Origin: an uncultured Acidobacteriota bacterium
GTDB taxonomy: Bacteria > Acidobacteriota > Polarisedimenticolia > J045
Direction of reading: 5' to 3'
NCBI GenBank assembly: GCA_963702425.1
Contig: CAVPCQ010000016.1
Coordinates: 195,347 to 259,346 of the forward strand
DNA: 64,000 nucleotides
Shown here: piece after piece, positions 43,859-53,156 of the stretch
How the letters are laid out: each line of letters opens with the position of its first letter
How positions within the stretch are numbered: position 1 is the stretch's first letter
Program-made: the position numbers and the translations under genes
Notes under the pieces: generated by a model
Told to the model about the DNA's origin: nothing
Seen by the model: the letters and a program-made list of their open reading frames with translations, nothing else
Databases searched by the model: none

Positions 43859-44626
43859 GTGTTCCCAACCCACAGGATCCTCAAGACCGATGTTGCCGTG
43901 GCGAGCTACGAATCCGCTGCGGACCTCATCTCCAGTTGGGCAGGCCGCCGCGCGTCGAAGATGGTCTGTTTCTGCAATGTTCACATGACGGTCACGGCGC
44001 ACGACTCCGCATCGTTCCAGGAGGTCCTGCGGTCTGCCGATCTCGTTCTTCCGGACGGCATGCCCCTGGTCTGGCTTCAGCGGCTCGCCGGGCTGCGCGA
44101 CGCGTCTCGCGTCGCCAGCACGGACCTTGCTCAACGGCTCTTCCGGGTCGCCGCTTCCGAAGACCTGAGAGTCGGACTCTACGGGGGCTCACCGCGGACG
44201 CTCGATGCACTTCCGCCCGCGATCCGGGCGATCGAGCCGTCGATCGAGATTGCCTACGCCTTCTCCCCTCCCTTCCGCGCCCTGACGGACGACGAGGATC
44301 GAGCCGTCGTGGACGAGATCAACCGGAGCGGCACGCAGATCCTGTTCGTGGGTCTGGGGTGCCCCAAGCAGGAAGAGTGGATGGCGCGCCACCGCGACTC
44401 GATTCATGCGGTTATGCTCGGCGTCGGCGCGACTTTCGACTGGCTCGCCGGAACACTGCCGCGGGCGCCGCGGTGGATGCGGGATTTTGGACTCGAGTGG
44501 GCCTTCCGCCTGGGGACGGACCCTCGACGCCTCTGGTATCGTTACATGAGTACCAACCCCCGCTTCCTTTGGCTGGCTGGTCGGCAGGCCATCGCAGGCT
44601 CCTCGGGGCGAAAGGCAAACTCGTGA
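43859..44626 (+). CDS. WecB/TagA/CpsF (GT26) glycosyltransferase
   Basis: [44 protein letters not shown]. Confidence 0.92.
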   Translation: MFPTHRILKTDVAVASYESAADLISSWAGRRASKMVCFCNVHMTVTAHDSASFQEVLRSADLVLPDGMPLVWLQRLAGLRDASRVASTDLAQRLFRVAASEDLRVGLYGGSPRTLDALPPAIRAIEPSIEIAYAFSPPFRALTDDEDRAVVDEINRSGTQILFVGLGCPKQEEWMARHRDSIHAVMLGVGATFDWLAGTLPRAPRWMRDFGLEWAFRLGTDPRRLWYRYMSTNPRFLWLAGRQAIAGSSGRKANS

Positions 44627-45657
44627 AGAAAGCTCTCGTGACGGGGATCACCGGCCAGGACGGGTCGTATCTGGCTGAACTGTTGCTGGAGAAGGGCTAC
44701 GAGGTGCACGGCGTCATCCGCCGAAGCAGTTCATTCAACACCGCGAGAATCGAGCATCTCTACGCGAATCCGGAGATCTTCGGAAAGCGCCTCTTCACCT
44801 ACTACGGCGATCTCACCGATTCGAGCAACCTGAACCGGCTCGTCGACCGGGTCGAACCGGACGAAGTGTACAACTTGGGGGCGCAGAGCCACGTCAAGGT
44901 CTCTTTCGAGGTCCCGGAGTACACCGCTGAGGTCGACGGAGTTGGGACCCTTCGGTTCCTCGATGCCATCAAGTCGCGCGCCTCGCAGATCCGCTTCTAC
45001 CAGGCGTCGACGAGCGAACTCTTCGGGAAGGTGACGGAGATCCCGCAGCGCGAGTCGACCCCTTTCTACCCACGATCGCCCTATGGCTGCGCGAAGGTCT
45101 ATGGGTACTGGATCGTCGTCAATTACCGCGAGGCGTACGGCCTGCACGCGAGCAACGGAATCCTCTTCAACCACGAATCCACGCGACGCGGCGAGACCTT
45201 CGTCAGCCGCAAGATCACTATGGCAGCCGCCCGCATTGTGCTTGGAACGCAAGCACTGCTGCGCCTGGGCAACCTCGACGCCCGCCGCGACTGGGGCTAC
45301 GCCCCGGAGTACGTGGAGGGCATGTGGCGGATGCTGCAGCTCGACGAGCCTGGGGACTATGTCCTGGCGACCGGGGAAACGCATACGGTTCGGGAATTCG
45401 TTGAGTACGCCTTTGCGGACCTCGGCGTGAGCATCCAGTGGACCGGTTCGGGGGTCGACGAGAAAGGGCGGGACGTCCGCACCGGCCGGGTCGTCGTGGA
45501 GGTGGATCCCACCTACTTCCGGCCGACCGAGGTCGATCTCCTCGTGGGCGATTATTCGTTGGCTCGCACCCGGCTGGGATGGGAACCGAAGACGCGGTTC
45601 CGGGACTTGGTGCGCCTGATGGTACGCCACGATTTCGAGGAGTTGAGACGTGCTTGA
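44623..45657 (+). CDS. gmd: GDP-mannose 4,6-dehydratase
   Basis: [48 protein letters not shown]. Confidence 0.96.
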   Translation: MKKALVTGITGQDGSYLAELLLEKGYEVHGVIRRSSSFNTARIEHLYANPEIFGKRLFTYYGDLTDSSNLNRLVDRVEPDEVYNLGAQSHVKVSFEVPEYTAEVDGVGTLRFLDAIKSRASQIRFYQASTSELFGKVTEIPQRESTPFYPRSPYGCAKVYGYWIVVNYREAYGLHASNGILFNHESTRRGETFVSRKITMAAARIVLGTQALLRLGNLDARRDWGYAPEYVEGMWRMLQLDEPGDYVLATGETHTVREFVEYAFADLGVSIQWTGSGVDEKGRDVRTGRVVVEVDPTYFRPTEVDLLVGDYSLARTRLGWEPKTRFRDLVRLMVRHDFEELRRA

Positions 45658-46588
45658 TCTCGGTCGGTCGCGAGTCCTCGTCACTGGCGCCGGAGGCTTC
45701 CTGGGCCGCCGTATTGCCGCTCTTCTTGCCGACCGCGCTGTGCGCGAGGTCCTCTCCGTCCGCCGCTCGGACTGCGATCTCACCGTCGAGGACTCGGTCA
45801 AGGCGCTGTTCGAGAGGGCCCGATGCGACGTCGTGATCCACGCGGCCGCGGACATCGGGGGGATCGGATACAGCAGCGCGCACCCCGGGCAGCAGTTCTA
45901 CCACAATACCCTGATGAACGTCCTCACCCTGCACCACGCGTGGGCTTCCGGCGCGAGGAAATTCGTCGGCGTCGGCTCCGTGTGCGAGTATCCCGCCGAG
46001 ACCCCCGTCCCCTTCCGGGAAGATCATCTCTGGAATGGATACCCAGTCGCGAGCAACGACGCATACGGGATCTCCAAGCGCGTCATGCTCGCGCAGTCAA
46101 TCGCGTACCGCAAGCAGTACGGCTTCAACGCCATTCACCTGCTCCCGATCAACCTCTACGGGCCCGGCGACGATTTCGACCTGCAGTCCTCACACGTCAT
46201 TCCCGCCCTGATCCGGAAGTGCCACGCCGCGATCGCCGCTGGCCAGACCGAAGTCAGCGTATGGGGTGACGGCTCCGCGAGTCGCGAGTTCCTCTACGTC
46301 GACGATGCTGCGCGGGCCGTGATCCTGGCCGCGGAACAGTATGATGACGCTGATCCCGTCAACGTCGGAACAGGAACGGAAATCACGATCGCCGAACTCA
46401 CCCGGGAGGTCGCTGCGGTCACCGGCTTCCGCGGGCGCTTCGCCTTCGATGCAACGAAACCGGCCGGTCAGTCGCGCCGTCTGCTGGACGTTTCCAAGGC
46501 GAGAGATCTCTTCGGGTTCACGGCTACCACCCCGCTTCGCGAGGGCCTCGAGAAGACCTACGAGTACTTCTTGAGAAGCGTGTTGTGA
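45650..46588 (+). CDS. fcl: GDP-L-fucose synthase family epimerase/reductase
   Basis: [41 protein letters not shown]. Confidence 0.92.
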   Translation: MLDLGRSRVLVTGAGGFLGRRIAALLADRAVREVLSVRRSDCDLTVEDSVKALFERARCDVVIHAAADIGGIGYSSAHPGQQFYHNTLMNVLTLHHAWASGARKFVGVGSVCEYPAETPVPFREDHLWNGYPVASNDAYGISKRVMLAQSIAYRKQYGFNAIHLLPINLYGPGDDFDLQSSHVIPALIRKCHAAIAAGQTEVSVWGDGSASREFLYVDDAARAVILAAEQYDDADPVNVGTGTEITIAELTREVAAVTGFRGRFAFDATKPAGQSRRLLDVSKARDLFGFTATTPLREGLEKTYEYFLRSVL

Positions 46589-47670
46589 CCTCGACCCACC
46601 CGGCTCGGGTCTTGATGATCGGGCCGTCCCTCGCGGTGAGGGGGGGGATTTCCGCCATGGAACGGCTTCTGCTCGGCGCGGCCGGAGACGACATCGAGTT
46701 CCGTTTCGTTGCAACGCATCAGGACGGCACGAAACTCGCGAAGGCGGTCCGCTTCGCGGTTGGGCTGAGCCAGGCGGCGTGGACGCTGCTCGTGTGGAAT
46801 CCCGACGTCTCGCATATCCATTTTGCCGATAGAGCCAGCACGGTACGGAAGGGGATCTGTACGCTCCTGAGCCGGATGGCCGGGGTACCCGTCGTTCTCC
46901 ACGCGCACGCCGGCGATTTTGACGCCTTCTACCAGGTCCGGTCGCGACCGACCCGATGGCTGATCCGGCACATGCTCGATTCTGCGGCAGCACTGATCGT
47001 GCTGGGGCAGGGCTGGGCTCGCTTCTTCCACGAGGAATGCGGCGTGCCCATGTCACGGATCCACGTCCAGGCCAACCCCATCCGGATGCCGCCGTCGCTG
47101 GAGCGGATCGCTCACCCGGGGTTCCGAGTGCTATTCGTCGGTCGCGTGAGCGCGAAGAAGGGGATCTTGGATCTGGTGGACGCCCTTGCGGGCCTGCCCC
47201 ACGAGTTGAAGCGCGAGACGCTGCTCGTGGTGTGCGGTGACGGCGAGGTACACCTGCTGGAGGCCGCCTGCTCCGCGCGCGGCGTTGCCATCGCGCTGCG
47301 AGGCTGGGTCGATCGGGAGGTGCTCGAGCGAGAGTACCAGCAGGCCGACGTGCTCGCACTGCCGTCGCGCTTCGAAGGGATGCCGATGGCTGTGCTCGAG
47401 GCGATGAGCTTCGGCGTGCCCGTCGTGGCGACCCGCGTCGGAGCGGTCCCCGAAGTCGTCATTGATGGAGAAACGGGCTTCCTGGTAGCATGCGATGATG
47501 TTGCCGGCCTTTCCGAGGCGCTCGGGATGCTGGGGCGGGATCTGTCGCTTCGGACGAGGCTGGGGCGGCAGGCCTTCGAACAGGCTCGCCGGTATGACGT
47601 CAGCGAGACCGTGCGGCGATTCGCGAGTCTCTATTCCGGCGTCATTCGCGATCGAACCACATCGGGCTGA
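46585..47670 (+). CDS. GT4 glycosyltransferase
   Basis: LFVGR...KG, LPSRFEGMPMAVLEAMSFG. Confidence 0.9.
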   Translation: MTSTHPARVLMIGPSLAVRGGISAMERLLLGAAGDDIEFRFVATHQDGTKLAKAVRFAVGLSQAAWTLLVWNPDVSHIHFADRASTVRKGICTLLSRMAGVPVVLHAHAGDFDAFYQVRSRPTRWLIRHMLDSAAALIVLGQGWARFFHEECGVPMSRIHVQANPIRMPPSLERIAHPGFRVLFVGRVSAKKGILDLVDALAGLPHELKRETLLVVCGDGEVHLLEAACSARGVAIALRGWVDREVLEREYQQADVLALPSRFEGMPMAVLEAMSFGVPVVATRVGAVPEVVIDGETGFLVACDDVAGLSEALGMLGRDLSLRTRLGRQAFEQARRYDVSETVRRFASLYSGVIRDRTTSG

Positions 47671-47818
47671 TCGTCGAAGCGTCAAGGCGCGATACGGACG
47701 ATTCGATAGGAGCAGTTCCGGACCGGACTCTCGGCACATCCTCAGGTCAGGCCTGCCGCCCGCCGGCTCCGACCTGGCATCCCGCGGACTTCCTCGCGGC
47801 ATCGGCCATAATCGACGC

Positions 47819-48543
47819 ATGGAACTGGAACGAAAGACACGTGCCCTTCTCGAGATCATCCCGCCCGTTCCGCCCCGCGGGCGGCTGCTGGTCGTAGGCT
47901 GCGGGAGCGGGGGGAGGCCGGCGTCATCGCCCGTGCCCGCTCGCTGCAGGTGCTGGGGATTGACGTCTCCTCGGCCGATTTCGGCCGGCAGAAGGCCGCC
48001 CCTGCAGAACTCGCGCTCATGGATGCGCGACGCCTCTCGGTGGGGGACGCGAGCTTCGATTTCGTTTACTCCTTTCACGCGCTCGAGCACATCCTCCCGC
48101 CGGAACATGCGTTGCGGGAGATGAGTCGCGTGCTCGTAGGGGGAGGTGGCTTCCTCATCGGTACCCCCAACCGGAGCCGGATCGTTGGATACGTCGGTGC
48201 GCCTGCGACGTTGACGGAGAAGATGCGCTGGAACCTGGCGGACTGGAATTGTCGAATTCGTGGCCAGTTCCGTAACGAGCTGGGGGCCCATGCCGGCTTC
48301 TCGGAAGGTGAGTTGCGCGCACTTTGCACGGCGACGCTCGGTCCGTCTGTGCCCGTCACGATCAGTTATTACCGCGCTCTTTACCCCAGACATGGGCGAC
48401 TGATCTCCGTACTGTGTCGCGCTGGCTTGGCCTCGCTGGTGTTGCCCTCGGTCTACGTGGTCGGGACGAAGCCACGCGATGGAACGGACCCGCGGGGCGG
48501 ACACCCGGGAACGGTGCGGGAAGGTCTCCGGGGCCGAGCTTGA
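47819..48543 (+). CDS. Class I SAM-dependent methyltransferase; frameshift ~47915
   Basis: LLVVGCGSG, then GIDVS, MDARRL, FDFVYSFHALEHI, GTPN in the next frame. Confidence 0.8.
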
Positions 48544-48628
48544 ACGTCGGACGGGCCCGCTCTCGAACGGGAGCGGAGCGGTCCGGATCGCCCGCCCCCC
48601 GCCTCTCGAGGCTGCCCGCGGAACTGCG

Positions 48629-50116
48629 ATGCCGTCCGCGCCCCGACTCGGCTGTTACGGGTCTGACTTTGGCGGTACATTCAGGGCCGTGCTTCGCGCC
48701 GACAACCGCCACCCGACGGTCTTGCTTCTGGCCGTGACCGACGTCGCCACCCTGACGATGTCGCTGCTGCTTGCGTTTCAGGTCCGGGCCAAGGTCCTGC
48801 CACGCGTGTCGGAGATCTGGACCGGCACCGTCCGCCTGCAGCCCGACTACTCGATCCTCTTCGTCGGCCTCCTCCCGATCGTCCTCGGCGCCCTCTACCT
48901 CGGCGGCGCCTACGAATGGCCGCGGATCCGCGGCGCGGTCCAGATCCTGTTTTCGGTCGGCCGGGCCTTCCCGATCGCGGTCGTCGGCGCCTTCGCCTTC
49001 GCCTACGTCCTGCGCGACCGGGTCTTCTCGCGCGCGGTCGTCGCCCTGGCGCTGGCCTTCGCGTTCCTCGGCTTTGCGCTGGTGCGGCTGGCGGTGCGGG
49101 AAACCTTCAACCTGCTGCGGCTGCACGGCTACGGGATGCTCAACGCGGTCGTGGTCGGGACCGGCCCGGCGGCGCGGCACATCGCCGATACGATCGCACG
49201 CCGGCCCTACCTGGGCTACAAGATCGCCGGCTTCGTCTCGCTGCCGGGGGAGCGCGAGGGCGACCCGGCGCGCGCAACGATGGGCACGGTCGAGGAGCTG
49301 CCGCAGATCGTCGACCGCTCGGTCGTCGACGCCGTCATCTTCGCGGTCGGCCTGGACGAAGCCGCGCGCCACGAGAAGACGATCTGGAAGCTGGAGGAGG
49401 TCGGCACGACCGTCCACCTGCGCGGCGACGCGGTCGGCGTGATCCTCTCGCGGACCTACATCGGCGAGTTCGAGGGGACGCCGATCCTGACGCTGCGCTC
49501 GACGCCGGCCGACCCGATCGCGCTGTTCCTGAAGCGCGCGATCGACGTGACCGTGTCGGGGCTGGGGCTGCTCGCGCTCTCGCCCGTGCTGGGTGCGGCC
49601 GCGCTGGCCGTCAGGCTCAGCTCGCCCGGCCCGGTCTTCTTCGGGCAGACGCGCGTCGGGCTCTCGGGCCGCCGCTTCAAGATCCTCAAGTTCCGCTCGA
49701 TGTTCTCCGACGCCGAGCAGCGCCAGGCCGAGCTGCTGGCCCAGAACGAGATGTCGGGCCCGGTCTTCAAGATGACCAACGACCCGCGGATCACGCCGGT
49801 CGGCAAGTGGATGCGCAAGTTCTCGATCGACGAGCTGCCGCAGCTCTGGAACGTCTTCGTCGGCGACATGTCCCTGGTCGGGCCGCGGCCGCCGCTCCCC
49901 AAGGAGGTCGAGCAGTACGAGCGCTGGCAGCGCCGGCGGCTGTCGATGAAGCCCGGGATCACCTGCCTGTGGCAGGTCGGCGGGCGCAACGAGATCGACT
50001 TCGACTCCTGGATGAAGCTCGACATGGAGTACATCGACAACTGGTCGCTGGGGCTCGACCTCAAGATCCTGCTGAAGACGATCCCGGTCGTGCTGCTGGC
50101 GAGAGGGGCGAAGTAG
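48629..50116 (+). CDS. Priming undecaprenyl-phosphate sugar-1-phosphate transferase (WcaJ/WbaP-like)
   Basis: KRAID, KFRSM, DPRIT, DELPQLWNV..GDMSLVGPRP, KPGIT, YIDNWS; start uncertain. Confidence 0.92.
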   Translation: MPSAPRLGCYGSDFGGTFRAVLRADNRHPTVLLLAVTDVATLTMSLLLAFQVRAKVLPRVSEIWTGTVRLQPDYSILFVGLLPIVLGALYLGGAYEWPRIRGAVQILFSVGRAFPIAVVGAFAFAYVLRDRVFSRAVVALALAFAFLGFALVRLAVRETFNLLRLHGYGMLNAVVVGTGPAARHIADTIARRPYLGYKIAGFVSLPGEREGDPARATMGTVEELPQIVDRSVVDAVIFAVGLDEAARHEKTIWKLEEVGTTVHLRGDAVGVILSRTYIGEFEGTPILTLRSTPADPIALFLKRAIDVTVSGLGLLALSPVLGAAALAVRLSSPGPVFFGQTRVGLSGRRFKILKFRSMFSDAEQRQAELLAQNEMSGPVFKMTNDPRITPVGKWMRKFSIDELPQLWNVFVGDMSLVGPRPPLPKEVEQYERWQRRRLSMKPGITCLWQVGGRNEIDFDSWMKLDMEYIDNWSLGLDLKILLKTIPVVLLARGAK

Positions 50117-50137
50117 GGGAAGGCCGGCGGCTCGAGG

Positions 50138-50374
50138 CTACGGCGCAGCGAGCCGAAGTGCGGCGAGTACCGGCAACTCGAGCGCGCCCCCGGCGGCGAG
50201 GCGGCGCGAGACGTACAGGATTTCGAGGTTCTCGACGTCGCGGCTGCCCGGGTTCATGCGCGCCACAACCCCCTCCTCCAGTTCCTCGACGACCTGGCCG
50301 GAGTAGGGCTCTCTCACGCCGACGTAGAGGATGTCCTCGTCGGGGTAGAAGCGGAAGGTCAGCTTCGCTTCCAT
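50138..50374 (-). CDS. DUF2283 domain protein (putative antitoxin)
   Basis: YPDEDILYV..EELEEGVV..VENLEIL. Confidence 0.75.
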   Translation of the reverse strand: MEAKLTFRFYPDEDILYVGVREPYSGQVVEELEEGVVARMNPGSRDVENLEILYVSRRLAAGGALELPVLAALRLAAP

Positions 50375-50685
50375 TCCATGGCCCCTCTTGGTTCGCGGCT
50401 CGAGAGATACGCGGTGAGCACCTTCCCCCAGCGGGCGCGGCCCGGCTCGAGCCGGACGACGACCACGAGGTGCTTGCCCCCCATGCAGTCAGCATACCAG
50501 CGGTGGAGCACGCGGGCCTGTTCGTCCCAGCGGCTCCGGCGTATCGCGTCGGGCTCACGGATCGACTCCACGACGCGACGGAGGTGGCCGGCCATCTCGG
50601 GATGGCGCTCCACGATGTGCCGCCGGCGCGACACCGTCAGCGCGATCGTCGCTGCCAGCGGAGGGCATGGGATCAGTGCCGTCAC
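50359..50685 (-). CDS. Putative BECR/RelE-fold ribonuclease toxin
   Basis: HIVERHPEM, I.EPD.I, LVVVV, VLTAY; overlaps the DUF2283 gene. Confidence 0.6.
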   Translation of the reverse strand: MTALIPCPPLAATIALTVSRRRHIVERHPEMAGHLRRVVESIREPDAIRRSRWDEQARVLHRWYADCMGGKHLVVVVRLEPGRARWGKVLTAYLSSREPRGAMEWKRS

Positions 50686-50764
50686 GCCGCGAGCGTACCG
50701 GCCGCTCGCATCGGGTCGCTCCGCGAATCTCCGGGATCGTCCCGACCGCGGGAACGGAGGAACA

Positions 50765-50833
50765 GGGACAGCAACCGTAAGTCGGTAAGCTGTCCCCGAT
50801 TCGGACGGCTTACCGACTTACGGTTGCTGTCCC
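50765..50833. repeat. Perfect 26-bp inverted repeat built from two GGGACAG..CTGTCCC hairpin units
   Basis: GGGACAGCAACCGTAAGTCGGTAAGC / GCTTACCGACTTACGGTTGCTGTCCC with a 17-nt centre. Confidence 0.9.
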
Positions 50834-51801
50834 CGATTCCGCTCCCAGGCCCATGCATCCTTCACGATCGTCCCGATCTCCGAACGCTCCGGGCGCCAGC
50901 CCAGTTCTTCCGCCGCCCGGCCGACCGCGGCGACCAGCACGGCGGGATCGCCGGCGCGCCGTGGCCCGATCCGGTGCGGGACGGCGCGGCCGGTCGCCGC
51001 GTGCACCGCGTCCAGGACCTCGCGCACCGAGGTCCCCCGCCCGCCGCCGAGGTTGCAGACCAGCGCGCCGCCCGGATGCGCGTCGAGCCAGTCGAGCGCC
51101 AGGACGTGCGCCCGCGCCAGGTCGAGGACGTGGACGTAGTCGCGCAGGCAGGTCCCGTCGGGGGTCGGCCAGTCGTCGCCGAAGACGGTCAGCTCCCCGC
51201 CCGCCCCCGCTGCCGCCCGCAGCGCGAGCGGGATCAGGTGCGTCTCGACCGGATGGTCCTCTCCCAGCGAGCCATCCGGCTTCGCGCCCGCCGCGTTGAA
51301 GTAGCGCAGCGCGGCCCAGCCCAGCCCGTCGGCCTCCCGCGCCGCCGCCAGCCGCCGCTCGATCTCCACCTTGGTCGCGCCGTAGGGGTTGGTCGGCGCG
51401 AGCGGATGCTCCTCCGGGATCGGTACGCGCGACGGCTCGCCGTAGACCGCCGCCGTCGACGACAGCACGAAGCGCCGGACCCCGGCCCGCCGGCAGGCCG
51501 CGAGCAGCCCCTCGGCCCCGCCGACGTTGTGCCGCCAGTAGCGCTCGGGCTCGCGCACCGAGTCCCCGACGATCGAGAGCGCCGCGAGGTGGATCACCGC
51601 GTCGATCCCCGCCCGCTCCATCAGCCCCGCGACCCGGTCGGTGTCGCCGCAGGAGAACTCCTCCAGCGGCCAGCCCTCCGCGGCCCGGCGGTGCCCGGTG
51701 GACAGGTCGTCCAGCACGACCGCTGCGAGCCCGCGTGCCGCGAGCGCGCGCAACACGAACGACCCGATGTAGCCCGCGCCGCCCGTCACCAGGACCGCCA
51801 T
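50818..51801 (-). CDS. galE: UDP-glucose 4-epimerase
   Basis: VTGGAGYIGS, SSTAAVYG, PYG.TK, LRYFN, TPDGTCLRDYVHV, RRAGDP. Confidence 0.95.
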   Translation of the reverse strand: MAVLVTGGAGYIGSFVLRALAARGLAAVVLDDLSTGHRRAAEGWPLEEFSCGDTDRVAGLMERAGIDAVIHLAALSIVGDSVREPERYWRHNVGGAEGLLAACRRAGVRRFVLSSTAAVYGEPSRVPIPEEHPLAPTNPYGATKVEIERRLAAAREADGLGWAALRYFNAAGAKPDGSLGEDHPVETHLIPLALRAAAGAGGELTVFGDDWPTPDGTCLRDYVHVLDLARAHVLALDWLDAHPGGALVCNLGGGRGTSVREVLDAVHAATGRAVPHRIGPRRAGDPAVLVAAVGRAAEELGWRPERSEIGTIVKDAWAWERNRGQQP

Positions 51802-51907
51802 CGCCTACCTCCGCGGACATCGTAGCGCCGGCACGCCCGGTCGGGCCGCCGGCGCGGCCGCAGGCGCGCCGCAGCGACGGCAACCGCCGCCAACCGCGCC
51901 TCGTTCG

Positions 51908-52179
51908 GTAGTGGACCTGGCCGGATGCACTGTTACCTGCGCAGAGGACCCGGTCGGATGCGCGCGTCGGCGCAGAGGACCCGGTCGAATGCACATCCGT
52001 ACGCAGAGGACCGCCACGAATGCACGGCGACCTCGTGGGCGGGCCGCTCAGCCCCCGTCTGGCCGTTTCCTGGGGGGCTGCCCTCCGGGAAACCGCGCCG
52101 GCGGGAGGGGCGGCCCCCGCAAACTGTGCGTTCGAGTGCCTCCTCTGTCGGTGGATGTGCATTCGAGGGGGTCCTCTGT
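51908..52179. repeat. Convergent arrays of a 23-bp motif with ~31-bp period (4 direct + 2 inverted)
   Basis: Approximate consensus RCAGAGGACNNNNTCGRATGCAC at 51908, 51941, 51972, 52003 (+) and 52126-52148, 52157-52179 (-). Confidence 0.85.
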
Positions 52180-52267
52180 CCGCATCGGGCGCCGTCAGGG
52201 ACGCCGGGTCGGGCGCGCGACGCCGGGCGCTGTGGCCGCCGGTCGCAGCCGCGCCCCACCCTGACCG

Positions 52268-52385
52268 CCCGGCCGCCCGGCCCGCACACGGCCGGCGCGC
52301 TCACCCGGCCGCCCGGCCCGCACACGGCCGGCGCGCTCACCCGGCCGCCCGGCCCGCACACGGCCGGCGCGCTCACCCGGCCGCC
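52268..52385. repeat. 36-bp tandem repeat, ~3.3 copies
   Basis: CCCGGCCGCCCGGCCCGCACACGGCCGGCGCGCTCA identical at 52268, 52304 and 52340. Confidence 0.92.
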
Positions 52386-52417
52386 GCGCCCGCCGGCCCG
52401 CGCGCGCCCCGCGCGCC

Positions 52418-52446
52418 TTGACCGCCCCCCCCGTGCCCCTTATCTT
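52418..52446 (+). promoter_or_regulatory. Sigma70-type promoter for DedA-GH57
   Basis: TTGACC-17 bp-TATCTT. Confidence 0.6.
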
Positions 52447-52523
52447 CGCGGCCTCGACCGACTTCGGGCCGAGCTGCCCTTTCGGGCCGGGCCGCCGCGG
52501 CGGCGCGGCCTCCGGAGCACGCG

Positions 52524-53147
52524 TTGATCACTGCCGGTCTCCTGGCCGCATTCGGCGTCGTCGACATCTTCTGGGCGATCGTGATCGGCACGTCGCTGGT
52601 CGTCGTCGGCGACCTGGCCGTCTTCGTCCTCGGTCACGGCCTCGCCCGGCACCTGCACACCCACCCCCGCCTCCGCCCCCTGGTGCGGACCCGCACGATG
52701 ACCCGCGCCCGCCACCTCTACGTCCACCGCGGGCCGTGGGTCCTGTCGGTCGCCCGCCTCATCCCCGGGCTGAAGACGCCGTTCGTGCTGACCGCCGGGA
52801 TGCTCCGGATGAGCTGGCCGAAATTCCTGCTGTTCGACTTCGTCTCGGCGATCGTGATCGCGCCGGCGATCGTGCTCGTCGCCTATTACTCCTCGATCTC
52901 ACTGGCCCAGCTGGAGGGCGCGGTACGCGGCGCCGCGCCGACCGCGATCCCCATCTTCCTGCTGCTGCTCGCCGCGCTCGCGTCGGCCTGGCACCTGAAG
53001 CGCCGGCGCCGCCAGCGCCGCCGCGCCGGCCGCCTGCGCCTGGCGATGGACCTCGCGCTGATCGCCGCCGGGCGCGACCCGTCGCCGGAGCCCGTCCCGG
53101 TCCGCGCCGCCGCGCCGCCCGAGGCGCGCACCCCGTCGGCGGCCTAG
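52524..53147 (+). CDS. DedA/VTT family membrane protein
   Basis: LITAGLLA, GDLAVF.LG, ARLIPGLK.., AGMLRMSW..F...D; SD GGAG before TTG. Confidence 0.82.
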   Translation: MITAGLLAAFGVVDIFWAIVIGTSLVVVGDLAVFVLGHGLARHLHTHPRLRPLVRTRTMTRARHLYVHRGPWVLSVARLIPGLKTPFVLTAGMLRMSWPKFLLFDFVSAIVIAPAIVLVAYYSSISLAQLEGAVRGAAPTAIPIFLLLLAALASAWHLKRRRRQRRRAGRLRLAMDLALIAAGRDPSPEPVPVRAAAPPEARTPSAA

Positions 53148-53156
53148 GGACGCTCG

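Noticed and set aside
51908-52385. Possible CRISPR or mini-array
   Set aside because: Gaps are only 8-10 nt, repeats are degenerate and in both orientations, the 36-mer has no spacers, and there are no cas genes.
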